Source of the DNA: Octopus sinensis
Taxonomy: Eukaryota
Reading direction: 5' to 3'
NCBI RefSeq assembly: GCF_006345805.1
Contig: NC_042999.1
Span: forward strand, 172,360,001-172,424,000
Length of the DNA: 64,000 nt
A model generated the notes under the pieces. It was given only the letters and a program-made list of their open reading frames with translations, did not search any database and was not told the DNA's origin. Below are positions 38,001 to 50,335 of this stretch, piece after piece. A program made the position numbers and the translations under genes. The number at the start of each line of letters is the position of its first letter. The first letter of the stretch is position 1.

Positions 38001-38545
38001 AAGGCGGTGAACTGACAGAATCGTTAACAAGTGGGGCAAAATGCTTAGCGGCATTTCGTTCATATTTGTGTTCTGAGTTCAAATTCCGCCTGGGTCGAAT
38101 ATGCTTTTCCTCATTTCCGTGTCGAAAAAGCACACACCAGTAGAGTTCTTGAATGGGGTGGGGGCTTCGATGCATTCGACTTACGCCTTCCCCGAAAGTG
38201 CAGGCATTGTTCCAAAATTTGAAAACACTTGTTCTGAAAGGCGGCGGACTGGCAGAATCGTTACCGCGCTGGGAAAAAATACTCACTGGTAATTCGACTG
38301 TATTAACTTTCTGATTTCAAATTCCACCGAGGACAACTTTGACTTTCATCGAGTCGGAGTGGATAATAAGTAGCATCTGAGCAGTGGGGTCGATGTAATC
38401 GACTTGCTACCCCCACCGAAATTTGAAACCAATACTTCTTAAGTCGGCATGCTGGCAGAATCGTAAGCACCTCAAACGAAATGGTTGGTTATATTTTTCC
38501 GGTTGCTTACGTTCTGATTTCAAATCACACTGAGATTAATTTCCC
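38001..38545 (+). mobile_element. Three head-to-tail SINE family B copies
   Basis: Heads at ~38004 (GGCGGTGAACTGACAGAATCG), ~38240 (GGCGGCGGACTGGCAGAATCG) and ~38445 (CGGCATGCTGGCAGAATCG; truncated). Confidence 0.85.
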
Positions 38546-39689
38546 GAAACGTTACTGACTGTCTGAGTAGATTAGAAACAATATTACTTAAAGGGAGCCC
38601 TTCATACCATTGGATCATTTTGAGTAGATTTCCTTAATTTTATATGTTTTAGTTCACTGTTAATTATTTTTAAGACCAATTATTTTAATTTTATTTCTTT
38701 AAGTCACAATTTCTCGTTCTGGTTTTATCCACTTCTTTTATTTCTATTTCACTAGAATCGCAACATCTAATTGGCTTGCTCTCGTTCTTATTTATTCATA
38801 TTTAGTTCCGACTGAAAGTATTAATTTTAATTATTTCCGTTCAATTTCCATTGAACCGCTATTCTTGAAAATATCTGTTATGCAATTATATATGTGTGTA
38901 TGAGTTCAGACAACACCACACATAATCAGACGTTAACACACGTTCATATATGATGTTAATAGTTGACTACAAATAAAAATGAGAGTACTCAGTAAATTGG
39001 ATAGAATGAATATATATTTTATATTGTAGATAACTACTTTTACTTGTTCTCGGGTATAGCATTCTTCCCATGGGTGCGTCTTATATGATATTATTTCTTT
39101 TGAATGGTTCGTTAATTTGTCTTTTAACCGCAGCCGTCTGTCAATTTCTGTTTAAGGATAAGCAAGATGTAATATCAGTAGATGATAATGTTGGGGAGAA
39201 AATCTATAATAATGTGCTCCTGAATGTGATTTCGCATCGTTTCACTGTTTATACACTTAATTGAACATCAATGCTTGATTGAAATTGATATCAAATTCAT
39301 ATCATTTTTTCATATGTGTGCAATTTTTTCAAATAACTCTGCTTTTATGCAACATTATTTCTGTTTTACTATCGTATATAAAATAACTACCCTTGGCAAA
39401 TCTGAAGAATTTCATGAGTACGTATTTGAAGAAGAGGAAGATAAAGCTCAAAAGTGTCAATGATGTAAAAGTACAATTATTTCTCTTCTCAAAATATTGA
39501 ACCAACTGTCAAGCTAGTTAAATTTATTCCATTGTCGGATGTTTGTGATTTTCTTGATAATATGTATATTATGTTGTATGTTTACAAATTATTTCAATTG
39601 TAAACTATGGTTGATCATTTGAGAATGGAGCTACTGTTCCATTTTTGAGAGTTGCAACGTGATGCTTGCTTTTGTTCGTTTAACTACAG

Positions 39690-39837
39690 GTTTCCGAGAA
39701 CCAGCAATGAAAATTATCACGTGGCTCACTTCAACTGTCTGACTCGATATCAACGCACAACAAAATTATTTCATTCCTCATTCCAGACATTGGAATTCCC
39801 TCGACAATTTCCCCATTCAGCCAACGCAACTTCAGAG
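39690..39837 (+). CDS. Candidate 148-nt exon, open in one frame, unidentified
   Basis: TACAG acceptor after a pyrimidine tract; GAG|GTATGA donor; coincides with listed ORF 39652-39843. Confidence 0.25.
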
Positions 39838-41089
39838 GTATGAAAGCAAGACAGACACACAGACAGAAATAGAAAGAGAGGGAGGTAGAGAGGAAAGGAG
39901 TGTAATGCAGCAGAAGTCGACTAGTAATTATCTATATCTGAATTAATAGAGGCAGCGTGAAATATAGATCATTGCTCAACAAGACAAGGCACGATCATAT
40001 CCAGAAATCGATCATATAAACATATGCTCTGACCCTATACTCTCACTAATACACTATGCGCACTCTTAATGTATAAAAAGGACAAAATCTATTTTAAGGA
40101 ACAAAGACCAAATAAAACAACAGTTGAAATTAAATAAGAAACAAAACGAGTGCATCAATAAAAATTATATCAGTATAGAATTAATAGTTGAATAGTCTAT
40201 CATATAACATTTGCAGTTTATAGATAGGGAACGTCGAAATAAAATTGAACAGCATAAATTAAAATTTGCCAGTGACTTTTCTGGTTAGGATGTGGTTTGG
40301 TAGGAAGGGGTGAAAGAAAAGCAGTAATGAAAAAGAGATGGGAGTGGGAGAGTTGGTAGTAAAAATGCTAAGGAGAGTAGAAACACGACGTGGTAGGATA
40401 GAAAATTCAGAAGAAATTGTTATGCGTTTATTTATACATGTATGCGTATATAACACAATACGTGTATTAGTTAATGTAAATAATATAATAATTATTATTC
40501 CCACAACAATGGTGAAGAAAGAAAACTAATGAATAATAAGTATTTCTACCTAAATATTTATAGCAATGATAAAATTTGTGATAATAATTAGGATAATAAA
40601 GGGGTAAAGCGAATATTAATAATTTAAATTTATTGTTGTTGTTATTTTCATTATTTCACTGCTTATTATTTTGGAGAATTTGGTGTACACCATGGTCAAT
40701 ATGATGCCAATGCTCTTGAACAAAAACCGAGAGATTTCCTTTTGAGTGGATCATGAATACAACTCTGGAAATATATTCATCAAAGTGTACATTTACATAT
40801 GAATGTTGCGACTTTTCTACCTTCATGGAATTAATGTTTTGTGAAGGCTAATACTGTATAGTTAGCTAGAGACCAGTTATTATCAAAAAGCTTTCACATA
40901 TAAAAACTACACGCGCACACACAGTAACGTACACGTATGAATAACTATGTGATATGTAAATGCGTGTGAGTTCATAAGGTTCATTGTACAAATATATATT
41001 CGTTACTAATACATATTCAATGTATTTTATTTAATAACTTAATAACAATTACACCAGAACACGTATATATACATACACTCACACATACA

Positions 41090-41113
41090 CACACACACAT
41101 ATATATATATATG

Positions 41114-41169
<56 letters not shown>

Positions 41170-41440
41170 CATATATATCTATATATGTATGATATATATA
41201 TACACATATACATATATGTATATATATACATATACATATATATATATATATATATACATACATACATACATACATATATACATATATATCTATATATGTA
41301 TGATATATATATACACATATACATATATGTATATATATACATATACATATATATATATATATGTATATATACATACATAAATATCGATATATGTATATTA
41401 TACATATATACATACACACATATATATATGTATATATATG
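41090..41440. repeat. Compound (TA)/(CA) microsatellite with an internal duplication
   Basis: Directly visible. Confidence 0.95.
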
Positions 41441-42809
41441 CAAGGGTTTCTCTGTAGGTGCACGTACATTCATGTTCACACGTGACTATATCTCTGCTTC
41501 TCAAATTATTATTAGATATTTTTGATTATGTTTGAAGCTAATGGAGACTGCGATACATTTTGATGTATATCCTTTTATAAATAATATTATAACCGAATGT
41601 GTGGAATATAATTGTTTAGCCAAGCGAATCTCCCTGTTCGATCTTTCAGTTTTTATTAGATATGTACATTGAACTGTTTTTTTTCTCTTTTTATATGCAT
41701 AAATACGTGATATATATTACAGAATCTTCACACATTGTAATTGGCCTGCACGTAGACAATTCCACAGTACAAAAAAATATCGATGCCAAAATGCGTAATA
41801 TGCGATCATATTCCCCATTAAATTTTTTTTTAATATTCGTCTGAATAATATAACAAATGGAAAAGCATCGATGTGTCTTTTTCTCGAATACTACTTCTAT
41901 TGTTATAAAATACATTATGAATTCAAATATATGATACTTCCAATGTGTTAAAGACATGTTCTTGTTATTTTTATTTTTCCTTGGTTTTTGTCATATAACA
42001 ACATTTAATATCAAATCTTTCAATTTTATTAGCGTCATGCTTCATAATTTCGGAGGATTATTACTTTGTTGCATTGTTCTTTACAATTATAGTTTTTGAA
42101 GTTTTAATTTTGAATTCAGACTCTATTCAACAAATATTCAAATTTTTCCCAACCAAATTTTGATTCATAGGTAAAAATGCTGGTAGTATTTTCATTGGTA
42201 TCCAATATATGTATTTTGCCATATTCTCGCTTTTCTCACGCTCTAGCTTTAGAGCAGGATTATATGTGAAAGGAATACAAAGAGGTACGCTGAAATGACA
42301 TTCTAATCTAAAGACCTTAAAACTTGAGCATAAGAACGAATATCAGAAATCACTCGGCAAAGTCGTTCCTTTTTGTCATGTAGAATTGACTACATTTGAA
42401 GCAATATAAAATCACATCATATACTGGAACATAAAATGAGAAAATTGCTTTAAAGCACTTTATCTCATTTAGTCATACGTAAGGGAAAACTGTTATCTAC
42501 TAATGGCAATTGAAGTGACAAACTAGGAATTACGTATATTTTCAATTTTTCATATATAGAATATAGGAACCAGAAGCACTGTAATCATGAAATGAAATAT
42601 CATTTAGTGAATTGAAATGATGTCCATATTATTAGTGCCTTAATCATAAAAACACGTGTAAATTTCGGGTAAAAAGAAGTCGATGTGAGAGAGGTTTAAT
42701 CCGTATTTTAGAACAATGCAACATACGTACATAACATTCGCATAACTAAATAGAAACAGTCATGGATAATAAAGCAATATACACATAATATATCACAGAA
42801 ATAATAATA

Positions 42810-42995
42810 GTTTAATGCTTTCACTTGTTTCAGTCACCGCCTTTAGACGAACAAATCGACCCCAGGGCTTATGCTTTGTAAGCCTAGTTCTCACTCTACC
42901 CTGCGCTTTTGCCGAACGACTAAGTTACGGGGACATAAACACACCAAAATCGGTTTTGAAGCGATGGTGGGGTAACGAACACAGACACACACATA
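42810..42995 (-). mobile_element. SINE family A, 3' half
   Basis: Reverse complement contains GTGTGTTTATGTCCCCGTAACTTAGTCGTTCGGCAAAAG and CTGGGGTCGATTTGTTCGTCTAAAGGCGGTG. Confidence 0.85.
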
Positions 42996-42999
42996 TGTG

Positions 43000-43293
43000 T
43001 TGAGAGGAATTGTTTCGAGTTTGAATAATTCACATCTGCAAACATTGTGTTTCGTTCAACGTTCTTAAACAACCCTTATTCAAACACTGTTTGAGCGGAT
43101 GAGCTACTCGACCTGCAAAAAATTCTGTGTCCCACCTCCAAGGTCATGCACTATTTATCTTGATATGATATCACCATGTCAAGCACATATGTCTGCGAGG
43201 TATATGCCTGGTATATCCTTCTCAGACAGGTATACTGGGGTTCGTATATTTTACACCAGTGTCACTTTGATGGCATGCACTACTTTCTCACTC

Positions 43294-43357
<64 letters not shown>

Positions 43358-43385
43358 GTAATAATAATAACGATGATGATGATAG
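43000..43385 (+). mobile_element. Probable retroposon 3' fragment ending in a (TAA)n tail
   Basis: Higher-GC segment ending GATGGCATGCACTACTTTCTCACTCG then (TAA)n; family not established. Confidence 0.4.
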
Positions 43386-43552
43386 CTAGAACAGCAAATG
43401 TGTGTACTTATATATCAAGCGATATATGTATGTATGCATGTATGTATGTAAGTATGTATGTATATATATATATAAAATAAAGTAATTTTGTTAACTCGTC
43501 GTTCAGCTCCATTCTTTCATATGTTTATATTTTTAAAATATATATATATATA

Positions 43553-43687
<135 letters not shown>

Positions 43688-43865
43688 TATATATATATAT
43701 ACATATATATATATCCACACACACACATGTATAAACATATATTTTACACGTGGCCTCATCTTTCTCTCAAGATGTACGCTATGTTATATACATACATTCA
43801 CATCAATGTAAAATAGTTTAATATCACTTTAAAGCATTACTCTTGTTTTTAAATAACGCAGTACA

Positions 43866-43939
<74 letters not shown>

Positions 43940-43980
43940 TAGATAAGAAAGTTGGTTTGTGAAAGCACGTGGTTGAATAT

Positions 43981-44255
43981 ATAGAAAATAGTAAAAAGTG
44001 AAAAAACTACAGAAGGCTTAAAGGTTAAAAAATATATATTTGAGTCAATATGTCTGAAGAATATTAAAAAATTTTTTCTTACAATGACATAGTTTAGAAG
44101 AAAGACCGGTTTCGCGTTTAGCTTTTCAAATTTCTAACGTCGTTATGTTTATGTTGAACAGATAACCATAAACATAACGATAACTCTGTTCAACATAAAC
44201 ATATATATATTTATTTTTTAACCTTTAAGCCTTCTGTAGAGTTTTCACTTGTTAC

Positions 44256-44265
<10 letters not shown>
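43981..44265. mobile_element. Fold-back element: ~60-bp terminal inverted repeats enclosing a hammerhead-like motif and nested hairpins
   Basis: 43981-44040 is an inverted copy of 44201-44265 (CTACAGAAGGCTTAAAGGTTAAAAAATA exact); flanked by microsatellites. Confidence 0.8.
44099..44135 (-). ncRNA. Minimal hammerhead-like motif with compensatory U3:A8 core
   Basis: Minus strand: AGAAA-U-UUGAAAA-GC-UAAAC-GC-GAAAC-CG-GUC-UUUCU. Confidence 0.55.
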
Positions 44266-44323
<58 letters not shown>

Positions 44324-44339
44324 TATATATTATATATAT

Positions 44340-44480
44340 ATATTTCCCTTTTAATACTTTCTGTGGAAGATCGTATGCTCGAAACGACGAAGACTTTTCC
44401 ATTTACCCAAGCGTTAACTAACACACCTGTTTATTGTTTTTACCTATCTTCATCTTTTGTTTTCAGTAAATTTGAACTGT
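44340..44480 (+). mobile_element. Penelope-type repeat family H2
   Basis: Homologous to 17428-17560 (opposite strand). Confidence 0.75.
44357..44392 (+). ncRNA. Degenerate hammerhead-like motif (CUGUGGA core)
   Basis: CUUU-CUGUGGA-A-GAUC-GUAU-GCUC-GAAAC-GAC-GAAG; cleavage triplet and stem II mutated. Confidence 0.6.
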
Positions 44481-44541
44481 ACGTGCGTGTGCATACATAC
44501 ATACATACATACATATACACATACATACATACATACATACA

Positions 44542-44574
<33 letters not shown>

Positions 44575-44714
44575 GGATTAGAGACAAGTACTTTCTATAT
44601 ACAATACACTTCGGAGTGCTCAAAATATCTAAACGTGTGCAGGTAGATAAGTAAATGTAAGGAAACGGAAGCTGCAAGTCGATATTCAAAAAGGATTAAA
44701 TACATTTAATTCAA

Positions 44715-45105
44715 TTACTGTGTGGTAAGTGGCATGCTTACTAACCACATAACCACATAGTTGTGGGTTCAGTCCGACTGCATGGCACTTTGGACAAGTG
44801 TCTTCTACTATAGCCTCGGGCCGACCAAAGCCTTGAGAGTGGATTTGGGAGACGGAAACTGAAAGAAGACCGTCTTATTTGTATGCGTGTGTGTGTGTGT
44901 ATACGTTTGTGTCTGTGTTTATCTCCCCAACATCGCTTGCCAACTGATGCTGGTGTGTTTACGTCCCTGTAACTTAGCGGTTCGGCAAAAGAGGCCGATA
45001 GAATAATTACTAGGCTTACAATAAATAACTGCTGGGGTCCATTTGCTCGACTAAAGGCGGTGCTACAGCATGCCCACCATCAAATAACTGAAACACGTAA
45101 AAGAG
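44715..45105 (+). mobile_element. SINE family A, near full length
   Basis: TGTGTGGTAAGTGGCATGCTTACTAACCACAT head through TAAAAGAGT tail. Confidence 0.9.
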
Positions 45106-46049
45106 TATATATACGTGTGTATACGTGTGAATATGTATGTATACACTACGATGTTATAAGTGGTAGAGTAACTACTGTGAATCTATCAGTTCCCCTCTCA
45201 TACACGTTGTGCATTCGTTAGTTTGATATCAAATACTGTTGCATAATACGGTGTACTTCTAATTGCAAAAAATATGTATTGCATATTGAATACCCAGCTT
45301 CACTGAACCCATGGGTATGTTAGTAAGATTTGTAAGAACACAGCAACGTAATAGTGTGACTGTTTGTGTGTGTCTGTGAGTGTATGCATGTGTGTGTGCT
45401 TGTGTGTGTGTGTGTGTGTGTGTGTGATCATATATATGTATAAAAACATACACACCCCCACACATATATATATGCGCACACACATACATATACATATGTA
45501 TATATACAAAGTGTACTGTACTGTTAATGATCGGATCAACAAAAACGTATTCCATTCAGCGAGAAATATCTTTTGATACTTCCAGTGCGCTACAAGTTAC
45601 CTTTCTCCGATATTACAGTAACCTCCTGGTGTGCTGGTATAGCCTGCCATATAAACTATCCTGAAGTCGTTCAGGCTCAAAATAAACATGGAGTCTCCCT
45701 TCGAGCAAAAACCGAAAAAGAATGAGGAAGAAAAATAAATGAGGAAAATAAGAGCAAAAAATCACAACAACGAAATAAACGAGGAAAAGGGAAATAGTGT
45801 ATTTATTTAGATTGCTAGAAGTGGAATGCTGGCAAAATTTATAGGAATTAACAAAGGTTGGTGCGCTTAATCCGATGGAGAACTACTAAAGTTTGTCGGA
45901 CTAAGACTAATTCGGAGATGGTGTTCTCCATTTTGACAGCAGCAATATTTAAAAAAATGTTTCTTTCAGTCGCTTTCTGGATATACTTCCATTTTTTTTT
46001 CTAAAGGGATATAATTTATTTTAGCTCTTCAAATCCTGTTCCTGTTTCC

Positions 46050-46420
46050 CTCATAATTTATGGCGTAGGTCTCCCTACTCTTCTCCACACTAAGTTACGT
46101 AGACTATACTTTGAGTCCAGAATCTAAATATGGCTTTGGAAGTTTCTACTTGACTTCTTCCGGATAGAGAACACATGTTTGCCGTATCTTTGTTGAAGTC
46201 ACATGTACATATTTCAATATATTTTCTTTGCATTATTATTTGGCCGAACTGAACTGAGCTCGATTGATTATACTCTTGAGATAAAAGTGCAAGCTTCTTT
46301 AATGGACAAGTGCCGGGGGTTCCAGATGTTAAATTTCTGAGTGGGCGCCTGGTGTGACTTACGTCTGTCTCCAAAATGTATATCCAGCAGCCCAGTAACT
46401 TACCTTGATGACCAGTCATA
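46050..46420 (-). mobile_element. Possible decayed RTE-type LINE 3' fragment
   Basis: Broken frames give HVTSTKIRQ, FRFWTQ and GRVGRPT, resembling the RTE C-terminal 'KIR.RRLRFAGH...LW.P..G.R..GRP' pattern. Confidence 0.4.
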
Positions 46421-46744
46421 CATGGTTAGCTGACTTTAATACGATGACAAGCAAAGCTTGGTTATGCGTAAGCACGGAAATTAAAAGAAAAGTTATACTG
46501 GAATATATACACTTCAATCGTCGATATATTTTTTAAAAAGTGTATATGACGTGTTTCTTCATTTAAAATAATGTTCTTTGATTCCATTCATTGTATTAGT
46601 TAGATTCTGTTTAAGGAAATTTATACATTTATGTATTATTACTCTGATTTATCGTTCATCTTTTACCTATTTCAATTATTTAATAATTATTTAATAATAT
46701 ATATATGCACACACAAACACACACATATATATATATATATATAT

Positions 46745-46850
46745 ACGGCGGGATTCCCTCTACCAAATCCACACACGGAGCTTTGGCCCAAGGCTATAGT
46801 AGAAGACACTTGCCGAATACGATACGTAGTGGAACTGAACTCCGAAGGGA
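46745..46850 (-). mobile_element. SINE family A fragment
   Basis: Reverse complement contains GGCAAGTGTCTTCTACTATAGCCTTGGGCC. Confidence 0.8.
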
Positions 46851-46879
46851 TTTTCATAAAAGAACATATCATTTCCACG

Positions 46880-47880
46880 TGGGTGCCGAAACACTATCTG
46901 TCGATTGTGTTTCAACTTGTTTCTCTTTTAATGTTCCACACATGACTCTATATAGTCAACTTCCTTGTAGTTGTTTCTTATTTTTATCCTGTTCCAAACT
47001 GTTCAGGCCACTGTATCAAGCCTCGCTGGAATGTAATTTCTGGAACATATTCCCTCATAGTTGGCAATAATGAGGTTTATGCATTCAGCGTTTGTTTTGC
47101 ACAAACTGTATTTGTTGTCTGTCGGCCTTTTATGCTGTAGATATCTAGTGGGTATCCCTTATTCTTAAATTGTATGGATAGCCTTCACAGTGTGAAGTCA
47201 TAAACTTCTCAGTATCCTATATCAAGCTTTTGACACACTCAATTCCTTCTATAGTTTGTGTTTTTGTGCCACATGTACTATTCTCTCAATGAACTGTTGG
47301 ATATTTTATTTCAATTTTCTTATAGATTTTACCATGCGTCCTGCGGAGAGATCTGCATCAGCTCTTATTTCATGATTTCCATTCCATTAGCTATCCTAAT
47401 AATGTTGTTGATTTCACATCCCCAGCTGTGGGAAAGATAGTTACTGGTCTCCTGTCTATGTTACAGATACTACATCAGTATTCCAATGCCTTCTTCAAAT
47501 GATATCAATACAAATTTCAGACCACGATCACCATCCTTGCGTGAGAAGCATAGCCTGACTACATTTCAATTTAAACAAAGTTTCCCATAATACTATACAG
47601 CTCGCGAGTCCGAACATTTTCCTCACTAAGTTCTTATAGTGACCAGTTCATAAATTTAAACGTAAGCGTGAGGACAGGCACTGTAAATTACTGGGCAATT
47701 TCCTTGGACGCTGAGCATTCCGATGAGCATATGCTCATTACTCTCCTGAAATATTCATACCAGGTCCTCTCCTTATATATGGGTCCACTATATCTGACAT
47801 TCTCATGCTGTGCAAGATACATATAATTGTCACCCATAGAGGTTTATCTATAGAGAATTACGTTTAAAAGAAATGTTGGC
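46880..47880 (-). mobile_element. Highly decayed R4/Dong-like LINE (copy 3)
   Basis: VVRLCFSRKDGDRGL (cf. RLYLPRKEGGRGL) and GIPTRYLQHKRPTDNKYSLCKTNAECINLIIAN (knuckle region); (TTA/TCA)n lies 5' at 47915-48050. Confidence 0.75.
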
Positions 47881-47921
47881 ACTGGTGGTAATAAACTTTG
47901 TAGTTACTTAAAATATCATCA

Positions 47922-47983
<62 letters not shown>

Positions 47984-49001
47984 TTCATTAACATCATCAT
48001 CATCATTATCATCGTAGTTGTTTTGCATTTCAATCATTTTTATTATTATCAATTTTATCTTTGTTTTATACTAATCTTTACTTTCAACAACTATTTAGTC
48101 TTACGGAATATTATTATTATTGTACAAATTCTCTTTATTTTCGCCGAAATCTTCAAAGGAATGATATACTATAAAATTAATTAAAATCATGTTAATGTTT
48201 CTCTAATTATATTCTGCGATAATAAAAACAAAATGCGTACCATATTTATTCTACATATTAGGTTATTTTCTATTTCTTTTGTATTTCTGAGTAGCAATTA
48301 TAACATTGGACTAAACTCTACCATTTTCAATAAACTAACTCTTTCAGATTGTATGCCATTAGCAGATATGAAATAAAATTTTAAAACAATTCCAAAAAAG
48401 AAATAAAATAAAGTTATACGTATTCACAAAGTAAGTAAAAATTTGTATAAAATATATTTTTCTCAAGTGTTGCTGTAATTACCTGTTTTCATCTAAAATT
48501 GCTAAAAATATATACAAATATGGAAACTTATTCAAAACCGTTAGTATATCGTAAGATGTATACTTCACTACAAATATGAAATAGAAGAAGAAAAAGAATT
48601 CGTTTAGATTTGCGAGTCTAAAAGTAAATGTCGTTAAATTCTGGCTGAAAATTGTACGACTAGAATATAATCAGAGGTAAATTCAACATAAAGAATTTGT
48701 ATAAGGTTAGGCAGCATTAGCTGATATGTATAAGACAGAAGTTCAAAACTACAGATGTGTGTGTATATGTGTGTGTATGTGTATGTGTGTTTGCGCGCGC
48801 GCGAATGTGTGTGATTTTCTGTATATTTCGTCTAATATTTCCCCGTCTGAGTGTGGTACTTTCTGATAACTTATAAATTTTATAACATCACAATCTGTAA
48901 TTCGATAAATGTGCCTCGGTATCACAACGTACTGTCTTATTTGTGACTGGATTTTAAGAAGCTCATATGGTAGTATACTTTTTAACTACTTTTCTATAAA
49001 G

Positions 49002-49064
49002 CAAGTGGAAGGCATACAACAGCCATTTTTATGCACTTACGGTGGCATGATACACGATGCACTC
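49002..49064 (+). CDS. Candidate exon (QVEGIQQPFLCTYGGMIHDAL), unidentified
   Basis: TTTTCTATAAAG acceptor, GTAAGT donor, 63 nt, phase 0 to 0. Confidence 0.25.
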
Positions 49065-50185
49065 GTAAGTAATACACTGATCTCATGGTCTTAAAAATTA
49101 CGATTACGATATATTTGGGAGGTATTATTCTTGGAGAAATGTGTATGCGAAGAAATGATTTACTTTCTCTAAAACGCTGTCAGGTATATTCTTTCAGCTA
49201 AATACTTTATATATTTGTTTCTCTTCTGACAGTTTTGTTCGTTATATAGGCGAAAACTTTCAACATACGCTTCGTGAACAGTAGATTAAATCACGTAATA
49301 TCACTCCTTCTGGTGTAGAAGTGAGTGGGTATACTTGTGACTGCTGTATGAAAATTTGTGGTAATGGGGGTGGATAATTTAAATTACGTTTATGCATTTC
49401 AGTATATTACGCAATTTATATGAGTAAAAAAACTGTCAGACAGTTTGTGTAGGAATATGAGATTAGTTATTTCGTAAACAAATAAAATTAACTCTCCTTT
49501 GGAAGGTTTCTTAGTGATTTTCAGGGTTTGTGTTTTGTATAAGTACATCTAGAATTTTGGGATGGAAAATCATTCTATTTCTTTGTTTTTTTTGTTTTTG
49601 TTAAATATAAAATTCACTCTGTTCAGTACCTAGACGTGTCAGATATTCGAAAATTGTATCTCTTGAATAATATTTATCATTCCTTTCAATAGGATCACGA
49701 TCTAATTTTGTGTCTCGTATTTTCAAATTCAATAAGCAGAAATATACCTACCATGATTTTGTATTCACAGAATTGATAATCTTTCTAACACCTTTTCAAA
49801 TAGTATTGTTTGTTTTTGTGTGAGCGGGGACGTCTTTAGATACGCACATATGCTTGTGGCGATATGCATGCAGTTATGCACAAAAGATTTTCTTCATAGA
49901 ATCGCAAATAAATACAATGTCAAATTCGATAAGGTCGCATTTTCTGTTCGCAAGCTTATGAAGAAATTTTATATATCAGTGGTGTGGATTGATTCTCCTG
50001 TTTGGAACTTCAGTAAGACTACCTCAATTTTGGCGAACTAAACAAAAACAATATTCTCATATGTACACGCCCAACGCGCACATACTCACACACACACACA
50101 CACACACACCACACACACACATATATATATATATATATGGATGTATATTAATATATATATGATTTACTTTCTAAAACGCTGTCAG

Positions 50186-50256
<71 letters not shown>

Positions 50257-50296
50257 AATATATATATATATATAATATATATATATATATTATATA

Positions 50297-50332
<36 letters not shown>

Positions 50333-50335
<3 letters not shown>

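Noticed and set aside
43260-43330. SINE-like element mobilised by the Dong copies (shared TAA tail)
   Set aside because: Its 3' end shows no similarity to either Dong 3' UTR in this window.
45586-45730. Exon candidates on both strands (VRYKLPFSD.. and GDSMFILSL..)
   Set aside because: Two antiparallel open frames, both with plausible splice signals; they cannot be told apart without RNA data and neither is recognisable.
46090-46419. 109-aa ORF with strong GTAAGT donors
   Set aside because: Better explained as part of a decayed RTE-like LINE.
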